Positions 13,643-26,689 of a stretch of DNA of 64,000 nt are shown here, one piece after another. The stretch's first letter is position 1. Every line of letters begins with the position of its first letter. The position numbers were made by a program, and so were the translations under genes. Below the pieces are notes generated by a model. That model was not told the origin of the DNA and did no database searches. It was given only the letters and a program-made list of their open reading frames with translations. The DNA comes from the human T2T-CHM13v2.0 reference genome, Homo sapiens. Where the stretch lies: NCBI RefSeq assembly GCF_009914755.1, contig NC_060931.1; one strand, written 5' to 3'.

Positions 13643-14105
13643 CGTGTTAGTTTCCTAGTGCTGCCTAACAAAGTACCACAGACTGGGTGGCTTGAAACAA
13701 CAGAAACTTAACTGTCTCACAGTTCTGGAGGCTGGAAGTCCAAGATCAAGGTGTCAGAAAGGCCATGCTCCCTCTGAAACCCATAAGGAGAATCCTTCCT
13801 TGTCTCTTCTAGCTCTCGGTGTTTTCTGGCAATCCTTGGCATTCCTCGACCATATAGTGATGCTTCTGTAGATGTATCACTCCAGTCTCTGCCTCCATCC
13901 ATCATCACAGGGCCACCTTCTCCCTTTGTGTCTTTTCTTATACAGACCTCAGTCATATTGGATTAAGGGCCCACCGTACTCCAGTATGACCTCGTCTTAA
14001 CTAATTATGCCTGCAACAACCCTGTGTCCAAATGCAGTCACATTCTGAGGTACTGGGGGCTAGGATTCAACACATCTTTTTGGAGGCACAGTTCAACCCA
14101 TAGTA
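13643..14105 (-). mobile_element. Full-length MaLR solo LTR (MLT1C-like) with 5-bp TSD GGCCT
   Basis: MLT1 hallmarks (acaaagtaccacagactgggtggctt, cacagttctggaggctggaagtccaagatcaagg). GGCCT at 13638-42 and 14106-10. Confidence 0.88.
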
Positions 14106-15315
14106 GGCCTCACACATCCTGTTTGTTGGCATGTGGTCCCTCTGCATCCTGTGTCACTGCAGCCAGGGGCTCAGAAAGGGCTGGGCCCCCAGGTAAAGCT
14201 GGATAGGGCATGGGTGACTGTACCTCTGGAGAATGTGGCCAGGTGCTGAGGGGGCTGGGCAGAGGAGCACTGGACCCTGCCTTCTTGTTCCAGCTGCCAT
14301 GGAACATTTTTCTGAGCATTGCTTTCCATGGCTTCAGAGAGTCCATTGTTCTGTGGTTGATTAAATGGGAAAGGTTGTCCTGAGGGGCAGCAGGAGTGCT
14401 TTTCACAGTGGCCACCCCCTGCAAAGATTCTTGGAGGGTCCGGATGAGGCCTCATTCACCACCTATCCTCAGAACCAGGACGCAGAGATTGACTCAGCAG
14501 GGCCTTGCAGATAGCGCCAGGCGATTCCACCCTGGATTTTCAGGGTGGAAAAAGACTAGGGTTTTAAGCCAGGGCTCAGTTTTACCCACCCTTCCCACAT
14601 GACCACATGTTGGGGTGTGCTGTGTCTTGCTAATGACCCATGTGGTGCAGCCCCCTCCCCAGATCCCCTCTCTGGATGATACCCCCAGCATGCCAAAAGC
14701 AGACTTCTGGGTCCCAAAGACTTGCGGGAAAAAAGAATGAGAGTAGCTGCTTCCTGGCTGTGCTGGTGTTAGGAGGGAGCCCAGGAATGTGGCTGGTGAG
14801 AAGCACCAGGGCTCTCGAGCACCGGATCCTGGGTGTGCTCTGAAAGTATTCAGCTCAAAATTCCATGGGCCAAGAGAGGCAACCTTGGCTAGGCTCATGG
14901 AATTCCCAGGCTCACCATGAGCTCTGGTTTCATTCTTGGGTCGAGGGCGTTGGTCAGAGAGTAAACTATTTTCCTGTGGTCTGTGGAGGGTACTTGATGG
15001 GAAAACCAGTTGGGGTCATCCTTCCCTTGTAATAAAATTGAAGAAATTCAGGCCCTACAACCATCTCCCCTCCTCGTGGGCTTCTTGGATCCGCATAGAC
15101 CCTCTGCTGTTCTGTGCTCAGCTGAGGACTGGGAGTTTTGTTTCCCTGCGGTAGGTGGATGCTTCCTTCCTCTGCCTTGCAACTGCAAGCTCACTAAGGA
15201 AGGAGCCCTGGCCTCCTCTCCTCCTCCATGAGCTCACCGAGGGCTGGGCCTCAACCCCTGCCTTCCACTGAAGACTCAGGGCCCAGCAGCTCAGACAAAG
15301 CCCTTCCCTCTTCTT

Positions 15316-15469
15316 CTTCTTCTTCTTCTTCTTTTTTTTTTTTTTTTGAGACAAGGTCTCACTCTGTCACCCATGCTGGAGTGATCTCAGCTCACTGCAA
15401 CCTCTGCCTCCTCTGTTCAAGCAATTCTTCTGCCTCAGCCTCCTGAGTAGCTGGGATTACAGGGACATG

Positions 15470-15509
<40 letters not shown>

Positions 15510-15627
15510 TAGAGATGGGGTTTCACCATATTGGCCAGGCTGGTCTTGAACTCCTGACCTCAAGTGATCCACCCACCTCAGCCTTACAAAGTGCTAGGGT
15601 TACAGGTGTGAGCCACTGCGCCTGGCC
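15316..15627 (-). mobile_element. Alu (S-like), antisense, with TSD CCTTCCCTCTTCTT, a (TTC)n/T tail and a T36 central tract
   Basis: Both Alu arms are recognisable. TSD copies at 15302-15315 and 15628-15641. Confidence 0.93.
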
Positions 15628-16739
15628 CCTTCCCTCTTCTTTAACACCACCTTCCATCCCTTCTGTCCCCAAGTCCCTCGGGCCCTACACAGTTAGCCAC
15701 ATTGGACATAGAAGGAGTCCAAGGGGGTCCAGCACCCAAGCCTGGACCTGGACTCAGAGCCAGGGCCCTTGCTCTGGCCTGGCCTGGCCCTCTCCTCAGG
15801 CAGCACAGACACAGCCGTGGGAAGACTGGCATTTGGAACAGCCTGGGCCATGACGTCCGCAGCGTTCACTCACTAGCAGGTGAAGCCTCTCACTTGCAGC
15901 TTGTCTCCAGGCTTCTCACTGCAGCCTGGGGTTCTGGGGCCCTCACTGGGTATGTGGGAGGAGGAGGTCCTACCTAAAAGTGAGCTACCCAGATGACCCA
16001 TACTCAGGGTGTACCTGGGGTAAACAGATGAAACTCTGAGCTGGAGAAACTCACCCCCTGCCATAAGTAACTGGTCCGGCCTGGCTGTGTCCTGCCGGAC
16101 CTCCATGGGCTATCTGTGACCCCACCAGCTGGTCTTGCCCATCTGACTTCCAGCTGGCTCCCTCAGTCCCACACCTGGCCCAGGACAAGGCTCACCGGTA
16201 AGGGGTGGACTGCATTCTAGGCTGCAGTTGGAGGCCAAGCCCCTCCAGGCTGATGGTCATGGTGGTGATGGGGGACTGACAGTCCAGGAGGGATGGGGTG
16301 GGACAGGGAGTTTAGCCTCAGCACTTCTTTCATGACCTGCGAGGCATGTTCATTGCCATCTTCATGAAGGGACCCACAAAGGAAAACAGCTTGACGGGCA
16401 AGAGTTCTGAAAGCTCCATCCTCCTCCCATCCTCCCCAGCTCAGAGATGGCCACCATCCACCCATTTACTCAACCAGGAGCACGTCCTCTCCATCAGGAG
16501 GACATGTGCCTCCCCCTGAAGTTGTTTCTCAAGCCCATCCACTTTCACCAGGTCAGAGCCACCAGCATCGCTGATTTTGACACCTGTGACAGCCTAGCCA
16601 AATTCAGCTCCTGTCCCCATCGCTTTCCCCCTTTCCAATCCTGTCCCTTCACTGAAACCAGTGTGATCTTTAAAAATATACACACAATCATATCATTCCT
16701 TTTCTCTGGACCCTCAGTGGTTTTCCAGTCCTCTGAGAC

Positions 16740-17122
16740 TGTTGTGAGCTGAACTATGTCTCCCCAAAATTCCTGTGTTGAAACGCTGACCCCCAGTACC
16801 TCAGAATGTATTAATAACTGTATTTGGAGAAAGGGCCTTTAAGGAAATGATTAAGGTAAAATGAGGTCACTAGGGTGGGTCCCAATCCAGTATGGCTGGT
16901 ATCCTCCTAAGCAGAGGAGGTTAGGACACAGATCACACAGCAGGAAGTCCTTCTGAAGGTACGGAGAAGGCAACCATCTACAAGCTCAGGGGCACGGCCT
17001 TCAGAAACAACCCTAGTGACATCTCAGACCTCCAGCTTCCGGAACTCTGAGATAATAAATGTCTGCTGTCTGAGCCATCCAGTCCGTGGTATTTGTTATG
17101 GCAGCCCGAGCAGACTAATGCA
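16740..17122 (+). mobile_element. MaLR solo LTR (MLT1A/B-like) inserted in L2-like sequence
   Basis: Starts tgttgtgagctgaactatgtctcccc and ends tttgttatggcagccc..gactaatgca. Near-TSD GAGAC/GAAAC. Confidence 0.85.
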
Positions 17123-17462
17123 GAAACTAAAATCCAAAACTTCTCACCACCCCCAATGCCCTGCCAGACCTGCACCTGCCTTCCTCTCCCACCTCAGCCC
17201 GCACCACTCTCTCCCGCAGGCTGGGGCTTCTCTCGGGCTCTCTCCCACCTCCTGGCCTTTGTGCACGCTGCACCCTCCACCTGCCCAGCTTTTCCCTGTT
17301 ATCGTTTTGACTTAAACGTTACTTCCTAAAAGGCAGCCTTTCCTGCCCTCATAACCCCATCTAAGTAGGGGGTCCTTCTCATTGTCCCCTCCATACCTTG
17401 TCAATCACCATCAGGGTATCTTAATTCTTTCCTTCATAGGGCCTCCTCTGGATTTTAAGCAT

Positions 17463-17634
17463 CGCATTTCATCGCCTTTAAGATGCAAACTTGCCCACAT
17501 TTGAGCACTTCTGAAATTCTGATGCATTGTTACAGTTGATGGTGTGTCAGACTTTGACACACCTGCTTTTTCTTACTTAGTGATACAAAAAATAATGGCG
17601 AATCTGAGGGCATCCTGGATTCACTGAAGTGCAG
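17463..17634. mobile_element. MER104-like (TcMar) MITE
   Basis: Imperfect terminal inverted repeats (gcatttcatcg..taagatgc / gcatcctggattcactgaagtgc) and internal cttagtgatacaaaaaataatgg. Confidence 0.6.
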
Positions 17635-19828
17635 TGGAAATGTGTGGGTTTGATTATTTAATTAATGTGTCATCCCCATCAATCTGGTAAGCTCCATAAG
17701 GACAGCACTGTTCTTATTGTCTCTAGCACTATGTCCCCATTGCTGTTCCTTAGAAATGCCACACCATAACTCTACGCAAGTAAATGCTGACCCTTTGAAG
17801 TGAGTGCTTCTAACCTGGCTGTCCATGGATGGCTTTAGGCCATTCACAACCCCCGCCCTAGAAGATTAAGTAATCCCTAATTGTGCTACATGTTCCCCCA
17901 CCAGGACAAAGTCCCAGACTGTGCTGTAGGAAATGTGGCCCTCCCCCGCACCCCCCCCCACCCCCGACTGCGGCCTTGCCCCAAGCCTTTGGTTACCCAA
18001 GAATTTAAAGGAAGTGAATTTCATCTCTGGAAAATGTCACCCACTTGGAAAGAGGCTCCTGAATGAGGAAACTCATTTATAAAGTCTGTGGGCAGCTTTT
18101 TTCCCTTAATCTCTCGACTGTTACTTCTGCATGGCAAGCTGCACTTTTGTCTCTCCGTTGGAAAATTCAGGGTGGCTGATTATGCAAAGGCCTGCTCCCT
18201 GGTTGGCTTTGGGACTCTCTCCCTGCCGTGAATGAATGCTGGGTCCCTGTGTCAGGGTTCCCTGTTCCTGGCGATGCCCTCACCAGAAAAGCCTCTTTGA
18301 AGCATGGAATGGAAGCCAAGTTTACGTGGGGTTTAGGCACGTCCAGCCACGTCCTGTAAGACATCTAATTCCCCCACACTTCACTAAGGAATGAGCTCTG
18401 CAGTCCACTTCAATGGCACACAGGGCTGGGGTGAGGCTTCGGTGTGGGGGGAGGGGACACTTGAACCGTAAGAAAGGATGAGTGCGTTGTAAAGACTGTC
18501 CCCCTACCTTCTGGAGGAGGCAGCTTTAAATGTGCAGGAATTTCACTGGGGACCTGGTTCAGGACCTTCAGAGCACAGCCCCTCTGTCAGAGACATCCCA
18601 GATCAAGATGGGAGCTGCTCACCCACTCTCCTGTAAAGGGTTCTGGAAAAAGTATGCCCTTCTCCCCACTGGAAAAATAATTCCCATTCTTTCTTTAATC
18701 CACAGGCTGTAGCTGTAAATACCTGAGCATGCAAACATCTCCCTGGGGCTGGTAGGGATTAGGCCAGAATCAGCCTGGCCCGTGGCACGTACATAGCTGG
18801 ATAAACCAGGGCCCAGGGTCAGGAGAGGCGCTGGCCAAGAAGTGTCAGGGGCTGGGGGAAAGTGCATGGAGGCCAGGCATTCAGGGGCTTCACAGGGGGC
18901 CCTTGTCACTTCTCTTCCCATTGTAGTCAAGATGCTAGCAACGTGCTGAGGGCCCTGGTGCTTATTCCTCTGTGTCTTCTTCCACAAACACTTCCACCAT
19001 GTGAAATTCCCCTGCTTGGAATGCTCCTTATCCAAGTGTTGCTGCAACCTCAGTGCCCTGCTGCACCCTGAATTTCTCTGTCCCTCCATTCCTGGCACCC
19101 CCACAGACTTCTCACTCAGACCTTTCCCTCCTGGCTCCCCAGGGCTCCATTCCTAGTTGTCTTTACCGTGCAGTTCTAGTTCAAGTCCTGCTTCATCCAT
19201 GAGGAATTTCATTCACCCGACATTTACTTACCCCGGGCTCCTGGAACTTAAGGGTATGATCTGTCGAGCATGAGGCAGAGGTGCTGCGGCTGAGGTGGGT
19301 GGGCACCTAGTGATGTGCTCCCTGGGAACTGGAAGGAGGAAACTATTTCTGCTCCAACAAGGGATTTGGGAGATGCAGGCTGTCCAACGGTAAGCAAGCT
19401 CTAGGCTAGTGGACAAGCTGAATTTGTTTGAGGGGTGTGGGAAGAATTGGTTAGGAGGTCACTGCCGTGGTGCAGGTTGGAGGCTGAGTAGATCTCAGGA
19501 GGAAAGGCTGGCAGTGGGGGAGCTCTTGGATGCAGAATGAGCAGTACTGGGAACCATTAGATGTGGGGGATGAGGGGGCGAGTGATACCGGGTCTCAGGT
19601 CTGTATGGCAGAGGCCCTGCGAGCAGCAGCAGGTGGGGTGGCAGGGCAGGGATGGCCCTGGGAAACAGCCCAGTGGCCTGAGCAGCGTGAGGGGCTCCCA
19701 GCATCAGACACAAACGTGATCTTCAGCAGGGCCTCTCTGAGGTCAGCCCTGCCTTGAGTCAGACAGAAAAATGCCCGGACCCCTTTCCCTGGGGACGGCA
19801 TTTCACATCAGGCCTCTCCCTCATCCAG

Positions 19829-20009
19829 GTTGGCTGCTTCCTGAAGACCCCGAGGTTCCCCATCTGGGTGGTTTGCAGTGAGAGCCACTTCAGCATCCTC
19901 TTTAGCCTGCAGCCGGGGCTCCTGCGTGACTGGAGGACTGAGAGGCTCTTTGACTTGTACTACTACGATGGCCTGGCCAACCAGCAGGAGCAGATCCGGC
20001 TGACCATTG
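19829..20009 (+). CDS. MINDY4: MINDY4 exon containing the catalytic His motif ([12 protein letters not shown]) and FDLYYYDGL
   Basis: Acceptor catccAG at 19827-28 and donor GTgcgg at 20010. 181 nt = 60 codons + 1 nt. SESHFS matches the MINDY catalytic-His segment. Confidence 0.95.
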
Positions 20010-20568
20010 GTGCGGGCCCTCACCCCCCCACCCACCCAACCCTGTCCCCAAGGAGCCTCCAGGCTGGTCACAGAAACCAGCCTTCCTATCCACCACCAAC
20101 CCCCATGACAGAGAGCAGTGCAGACTCCAGCATCCAGACTGGGGGATCAGAGAGCCAATGCCAGCAGGGCCTCCCTGCAGGAGGCGGCCAGAGCTGGGCC
20201 TTGAGCAGTGAGTGGCATTAAGGGCGTTGGGTAAAGCCTACACCACATGGTAAAGAGCCCTGAATACTATGCTGACAAGTTTGGATGTATTCTTCAGGCA
20301 GTGGCGAGCCATGGAAGGTTTTGGAATCAGGGTGGTGAGATCAGAAGTGTTTTTAGAAAGAGTATTGTGGTAGCTAAAGTGGGACACGGGTGGGGACCAG
20401 TGAGTTGTGCAGGTGAGAATGGATGTCAGGGATGAGGGTGGGTCCAGTTGAGATGGAGAGGAGGGGACAGGGACTAGAAGGGGGCGGGTCTCGGGAGTGG
20501 TCAGCGCTGACCTCAGGGTGAGTGCAGGGCCCTGGGTGACATGTGTGTGCCTCTCTCCTCCTTCCCAG

Positions 20569-20641
20569 ACACCACCCAAACCATCTCTGAGGACACAGAC
20601 AACGACCTTGTCCCACCCCTCGAGCTCTGCATCAGAACCAA
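20569..20641 (+). CDS. MINDY4: MINDY4 penultimate coding exon, (D)[23 protein letters not shown](K)
   Basis: Acceptor cttcccAG at 20567-68 and donor GTgagt at 20642. 73 nt, phase 1 in and phase 2 out, consistent with both flanking exons. Confidence 0.93.
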
Positions 20642-22837
20642 GTGAGTCAAGCCCCTCTCTGGCTTTGAGCCTCACCCTGAATAGCTTTGAGGAGCCATGG
20701 TTGGGGGTGGTCAGGCCTGCAGGAAGGCAGATAGGTTCCTGGACCACCCTGATTCAAAGAGGTGTGGTGATTGGAAAGACACAGGTTTCTCCACTCGTGG
20801 TCACTGGGGCCCAGGTTCAGGAGTGTGTGGTCTGCAGTGGTGATGCGTCTTTAGACAGCTTCTGAGACTGCCTTCATGGTTGGGGGTGGGGGCTAAATGG
20901 GCACCTCTTGAAGCCCCTCCTCCCTCAAGGCAGCAGCAGCCAGATGTGGCAAGTACCGTTAGGCCCGAAGGAGGCAGGACAGGGGTGCTTACCTGAGGGT
21001 GGGGGAGGCTTGAGCAGGATAGGAAGCTGGGAGGCCTGGCCCAGCCTGGGGGTGGCAGGAGGTGCTGCCTGGAGCGACACCCTCTGCTTGCGGAGGAGCC
21101 GGAGGAGCAGCTCCGCCACTCTGAACACTGAGCAGTGTGCCTCTGGCCTCAGAGGCAGGTGGGAGCTTCAACTCCTCTGACCCAGCCCCTCTGTATTTAA
21201 GGGGAGGCTGAGGCTCAGGCCAGGGGAGGGGAATGTTCAGTAACTGGGGTGAGTTGGGGCTCACCTCCTTGCTGTGTTCTCTGAGTGGGCCCCTGGGCTG
21301 GTGGTGCGGTAGCTGTCAGAAGTGCTCCCCTTGCCCCGGCAGGCCCTTCACAAAGCCCTTGGGGCATGACCCAGAGGCCTCAGCGTGCATGAGAGGAGCA
21401 GCCCGGGAGGGAGAGGCCTGGATCCTGGTCCCTTCTGGGGGAGCAGTGGAACTGGTAACCTTTATGAGTGTGGGCTCTGGAGAGAAGTCGCCTGGGTTCC
21501 AGCCCTGGTGTTGCTGCTTCTTGGTGTGAGCCACTGGACCTCACCTTCCTGCACCCCACTTTGTCATCTGTAAAATGGGGGTGATGCATACCTTTCTCAC
21601 TGGACCTTGTGAAGAGTGTCTGGGACGTTACTAAGTGCTCCATGGTGTTTGTGCTCACGATGATGACCTCAGCCACTCCTGATTTGGTGTGATCTCAGAG
21701 AATCTCCATTTCTCTGCCTGTGAAATGGTTGGGGTTGTGACGGGGGATGCAAAATGGTGAGGCCCTGCAATGCTTACTGCCTGAGATCCAGGGGGCACAG
21801 CAAGCTTAGGGTTGATGCCCACCACAGGAAAGCGAGCCCTTGAGAGGAGCTGCAGAGAAAGAGAAATGTTCACATGGTGGAAACACCAGGAAGGGGAAAT
21901 GGGAGGAGCGCCGAGACATCCTCGACATGCTTTGTCCGTCCGTCCGTCCATCCGTTCGTCCATCCACCTGCCCGCCCCCTGAGCCAGGGATGAAGCATTC
22001 TTGCAGGGTCATGTGCTGGTGCTTCTTTCGTCGGGAGGATTAAGGGCACCTGCAGGTCGCTTTCCTTTCATGTACAAAGGGCCACTCATTCAAAATGATG
22101 AGAGAAAGGCAGCAGTGGGGACAGGAGGTGACACTAGCCTTGGCATCTGTACAGGACAGCGTGGGAGGCCACAGGGCATCCTTCCTGCAGGTGGGCCTGT
22201 TGAGCAGGGCTCCAACACCCTGGACACAGCCGCAGCTTGCCTCTGGACTCCTGGGACCCTCTCTGAAGGCCTCCGTCTGACTCTGTGTCTCTCTACCCCT
22301 CCCAGGGGGTGGCCCACCACCTGAAACCTCTCCACTGCCTCTTCTGGAGTAACTCCTTTTTCTCCAGAAATTATTCCACTGCATGACTCACCAAGCACCT
22401 CCCAGCGTGGGCCCAGGATTGGACTTCTTGGGCTCAGCTCTAATTGACAATTGTTTGAGATCGACCTGGGGCCTTGGTCTGCATGGAGCTTAGTCCATGC
22501 AGAGTGAGAGTCTTAGTGTGTGGACACGGGCCTGAACCTCCTCTTCCTCTTCTATTGGCTGCCTTCATCTCCCAAAACTTCCTTCCCCTGCCCCTTGTTC
22601 ACTTGCAAGCAGGTGACAGTGAGGTTATGTGGGAAGCAGAGAGGCTGCATGATTTGGGCCAGGGCCCTGCCCTTCTCTGCCCTCACATCTGCTTAGTGTT
22701 GTGTGAGCTTGGACAAGGCTGAGCCCCACCATCTCCTTGAGCAGTCATGCATGGAAAATAATTCTATTTGTGTAGCACACAGGGGCTAAGAGGAGCCCAT
22801 ATGCATTTGTGGCTCATGCTTGGGGAAAGTTTGCTCC

Positions 22838-23340
<503 letters not shown>

Positions 23341-25911
23341 AAGGGCAGTGCCCACCCCCCCCCCAACCCTGCTGCCTTGTGAGAGTTGGGTATCAAGTGA
23401 GGCATTGATTCTCTGGCCCGCCATAGGCACTGGGCCAGGGGAACCTTCTTCCTGGCTCCATTAGCTATCCCCTCATCCCCAGGTCTGTGTTCCATGTCTG
23501 CGAGAACTTTGCTGACACCAGCTGCCTGCCTGTTCCACTTCCCCCATCAATCCCCCATCATGGTGGGTCCACCTTGGCAGTTGTTCCTAGAAAAGCTGAG
23601 TGGGTGAGTGGTGAGTGGGAACACTGCCCCCATACCCACCAGGTGACATACCACTGCAGTGGGAAACAGCAGGCTTAGGGGTAAGTCCTGCTGTCTGTAG
23701 GAAGGCCCCACCGTGTCAGGAAGGGGATACACGTGACATCGTGGCATGAGCTCAGGTCATTTCAAAGGCTGCAGTGAGAGCCCAAGCTCCTGATAAGATG
23801 CAGCTGTGTGCCCACAGCATCTTGTCCATCTTGCTCGGTAGGTGGGGCTGCAGGGTAGGCCAGTCTGGTGGGCAGGTAGAATTCCCCCACATCAGGTCAA
23901 CCCTCATAGAACCCCTGGGCTGGACACCATGGAAGAAACAGCTGAGTAAGACTTGGCTCCTGCTCTCAGAGAGTTTGCCATCAGCCAAAAGTCAAGTTTG
24001 GAATCAACCCTGTTACCAGTCCAGGGAAAGATGCACCACCCACCCTTAAACCCAGCTCTGTTGCCCTGCAAGAACCCCCAAGCCACACAGCTGGCTGTCT
24101 GGCAGCTTGCTTGGCTCTACAGAAAGGCCTTTGGGCACCCCCTGTTATCACCTCTTCTTTTACAGACAGGGAGATGGGGGCCTCCAGAATGGAGGTCCGT
24201 GTCCCAGCCACACTTTGAGTCACAAGCTCCAAGGACTGTGGCTTACGCTTTTGCTGTCCCAGCCCATTGGAAGGTCACTTAGTGGGCAGTGACTTCCCAC
24301 CACCTGGCTTTGTTGCCTCGGTGACATTGCACAAGCCCAGACTGCTGGTTTCGCCTTCAGAGAAGAGCATCCTAATTCAAACCATCCCAGACCCCATGTG
24401 TCTCTGCGCTTTGCTGTGACGCAAACCTCGGCCTGAGAGAGTCTCCTGTTACCTTTGCTTGTGTCAGGAATGTGGGATCTGTCCCCTGCCCCCTCCCACT
24501 GTTATACTGTAACCATCTCAGCAAAAAAACAGGCTAATTTATTATGGTCATTTCCAAACGAGACACACACAGTGACCTCTCTCATGCTTCCAGCCTGGCT
24601 AGAGTGAGAAAAATGAAACGGTTGTCAACAGTCCAGAGAAAAGAGGAAAGAACTCATAACCGGAGCCTGGGGCTGGGGCACAGATGTTTCTGTTCGGAGG
24701 TGCAGACAAGAAATTGAAAATGTAATTCCAGCTGGGTATGATGCCTTCGAGGGGCAGAGGCAGAGCCCCCGCCTCCCTCAGCTACCCCCACTCCCTGCGG
24801 AACCTCCCGTTCAGCTTCCATGCTGACCATTTTGCCCAGGCTCCCTGTCCACAGTGCCTCCCACCCATCGGAGGAGCATTCTCTGGGCGCTGTCACTCCC
24901 CACTGTCCATGCCAGCCCTCTTCTGATGCCCTGCCCCCCACACACACCTGCCCTGTGCTGGCTCTGCAGTCATCAAGCTGTGTGAGCTCCAGAAGGTCTG
25001 GTTCTGCTCCCAGCCTTAGTTTCCCCATCTGTCCCTGGGGTCTAAGGATCCCTCTCCTGAGCTGCTGTGAGGTTGAGAGAAGAGCTGTGGAAGCACTGCC
25101 TTTCCTGTGAGCCACAATGGCCTCTGGGCATGCGTTGGGGAGGAGGAGGAATCAGGTGGTGGCAAGTTGGGCCAGGGCTCAGGAGCAGGCAGAGAGGAGA
25201 GTGCAAGGCAGGGCTTTGAAGCGTGAGCCAGCGAGGACCATGGTTTCCCTGCTGAGTGCCTGGGAGGGCGGGGCCACTCCCTAAGCAGGCGTCCAGGAGG
25301 AACAGCTGGCCTGGTGGGGGTCGTGTTCATGCAGCAGCACCCCCACCTGCCACCTCCACCTGGAGCCCAGGCTGCAGGCACTGGTTAAACCAGCTTTGCC
25401 TTGGAGCCTGGCCTGGGTGCTGACGGGGACCCGCGGGTGGCAGTCAGAGAACACTTCTGCAAAGAGGAATCTGGATCTGATCCTGCAGGATGGCGGACTG
25501 GGCAGGGCCCAGCAGGGGTTAAGGCCCAGGGGTGAGGGATACCCACGTGGCTCATCCTAGAGCTGCTCCTCATTCCGAATGGCTGGAGCACGGGAACGGA
25601 AACTTTCACACAGGCCTATTTGTCTGGAGATTTAAAGCATACAAGAGGCGTCCCTGGATGCTTTTCTACCAGTCAGGAGCTTTGAACTCAGGCCTGCTGT
25701 CTTGTCCTGGCTGACACAGGCTCTATCAGGCACCTTTTTCCCCATGAAAAACACTGGGTCCATCAACGTTGAAAAGCAGTTAAGGCAGGTAACCACCCCT
25801 CTGTTGCAGTGATGCCTCTGGGGGGACAGGGCCTTATTTTCCACCATGAAGTGCCTTTCTCTGTGATTTTAAGTTGACTTGAGCACCAGGGACCATGGTG
25901 TTTTTACGGAG

Positions 25912-26095
25912 CGAGTGGTCTCAACGGGACAATTGTGTGCCCCTGGGGTTATTTGCCAATGTCTGAGGACATTTTTAGTTGTCACAGCCCTGGGAGAGGA
26001 TGCTAAACATTTCATAATGCACACCACGGTCTCCACAACAAAGAATTACCCAGCCAAAATGCCTTAGGTACCGAGGATGAGAGACCCGGCTATAA
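25912..26095. mobile_element. MER20 (hAT-Charlie) relic
   Basis: tgcccctgggg..tttgccaatgtctg..gacatttttagttgtcaca..ggatgctaaacat..acaacaaagaattacccagccaaaatg. Confidence 0.8.
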
Positions 26096-26689
26096 ACTGG
26101 CTGGCTGTCAGCCGCCTCCTGCATTAGCACTGATGAATGAGTCTGGAACTTTGATTGTGTCTCTTCTGCTCCTCAGAGGTGTTTCCATTTCATCCCTCCC
26201 CTTTCTGTGCCTGTCCGCAGTTGTTGGTTGCATATGCAGAGCCCTTCTTACTTGTCCTTGTAATCGACTCACAAGCTTTCAGAACCATTCCAATCGGGGA
26301 ACGATTCGATTCGTCCCCTACACTAGCACAACATGCGTCATGGCTCAGCCCTTTCAATTTTTAAAATGTCTCTGCTTTGATTTTCTATTGTAATTGCAAA
26401 CTGCTTCCCTCTGGTGTTTCCAGTACTCTCCCTGCATTTGCCCCTGTTGGCTGGATGGAGCGGGTTGGTTATGTCTGTAGAAAGCCTCAAAACCAAGCTC
26501 AAACTCAACAGCCTGATAGTAAGACTCAGCCACTGTGGTGACACAGATGTTGTCTAGTGGTAGATGAGTGTGACTCACCCCTGCACTGAAGCAGCTTGCC
26601 AGGATTCAAGGAATTTGTAACTTGGGAGCTCATACGAGGTACTTCAGTCTTTCTGAGTGGGGAGGGTAAAGGCTTGAAAAGATAGAGAG

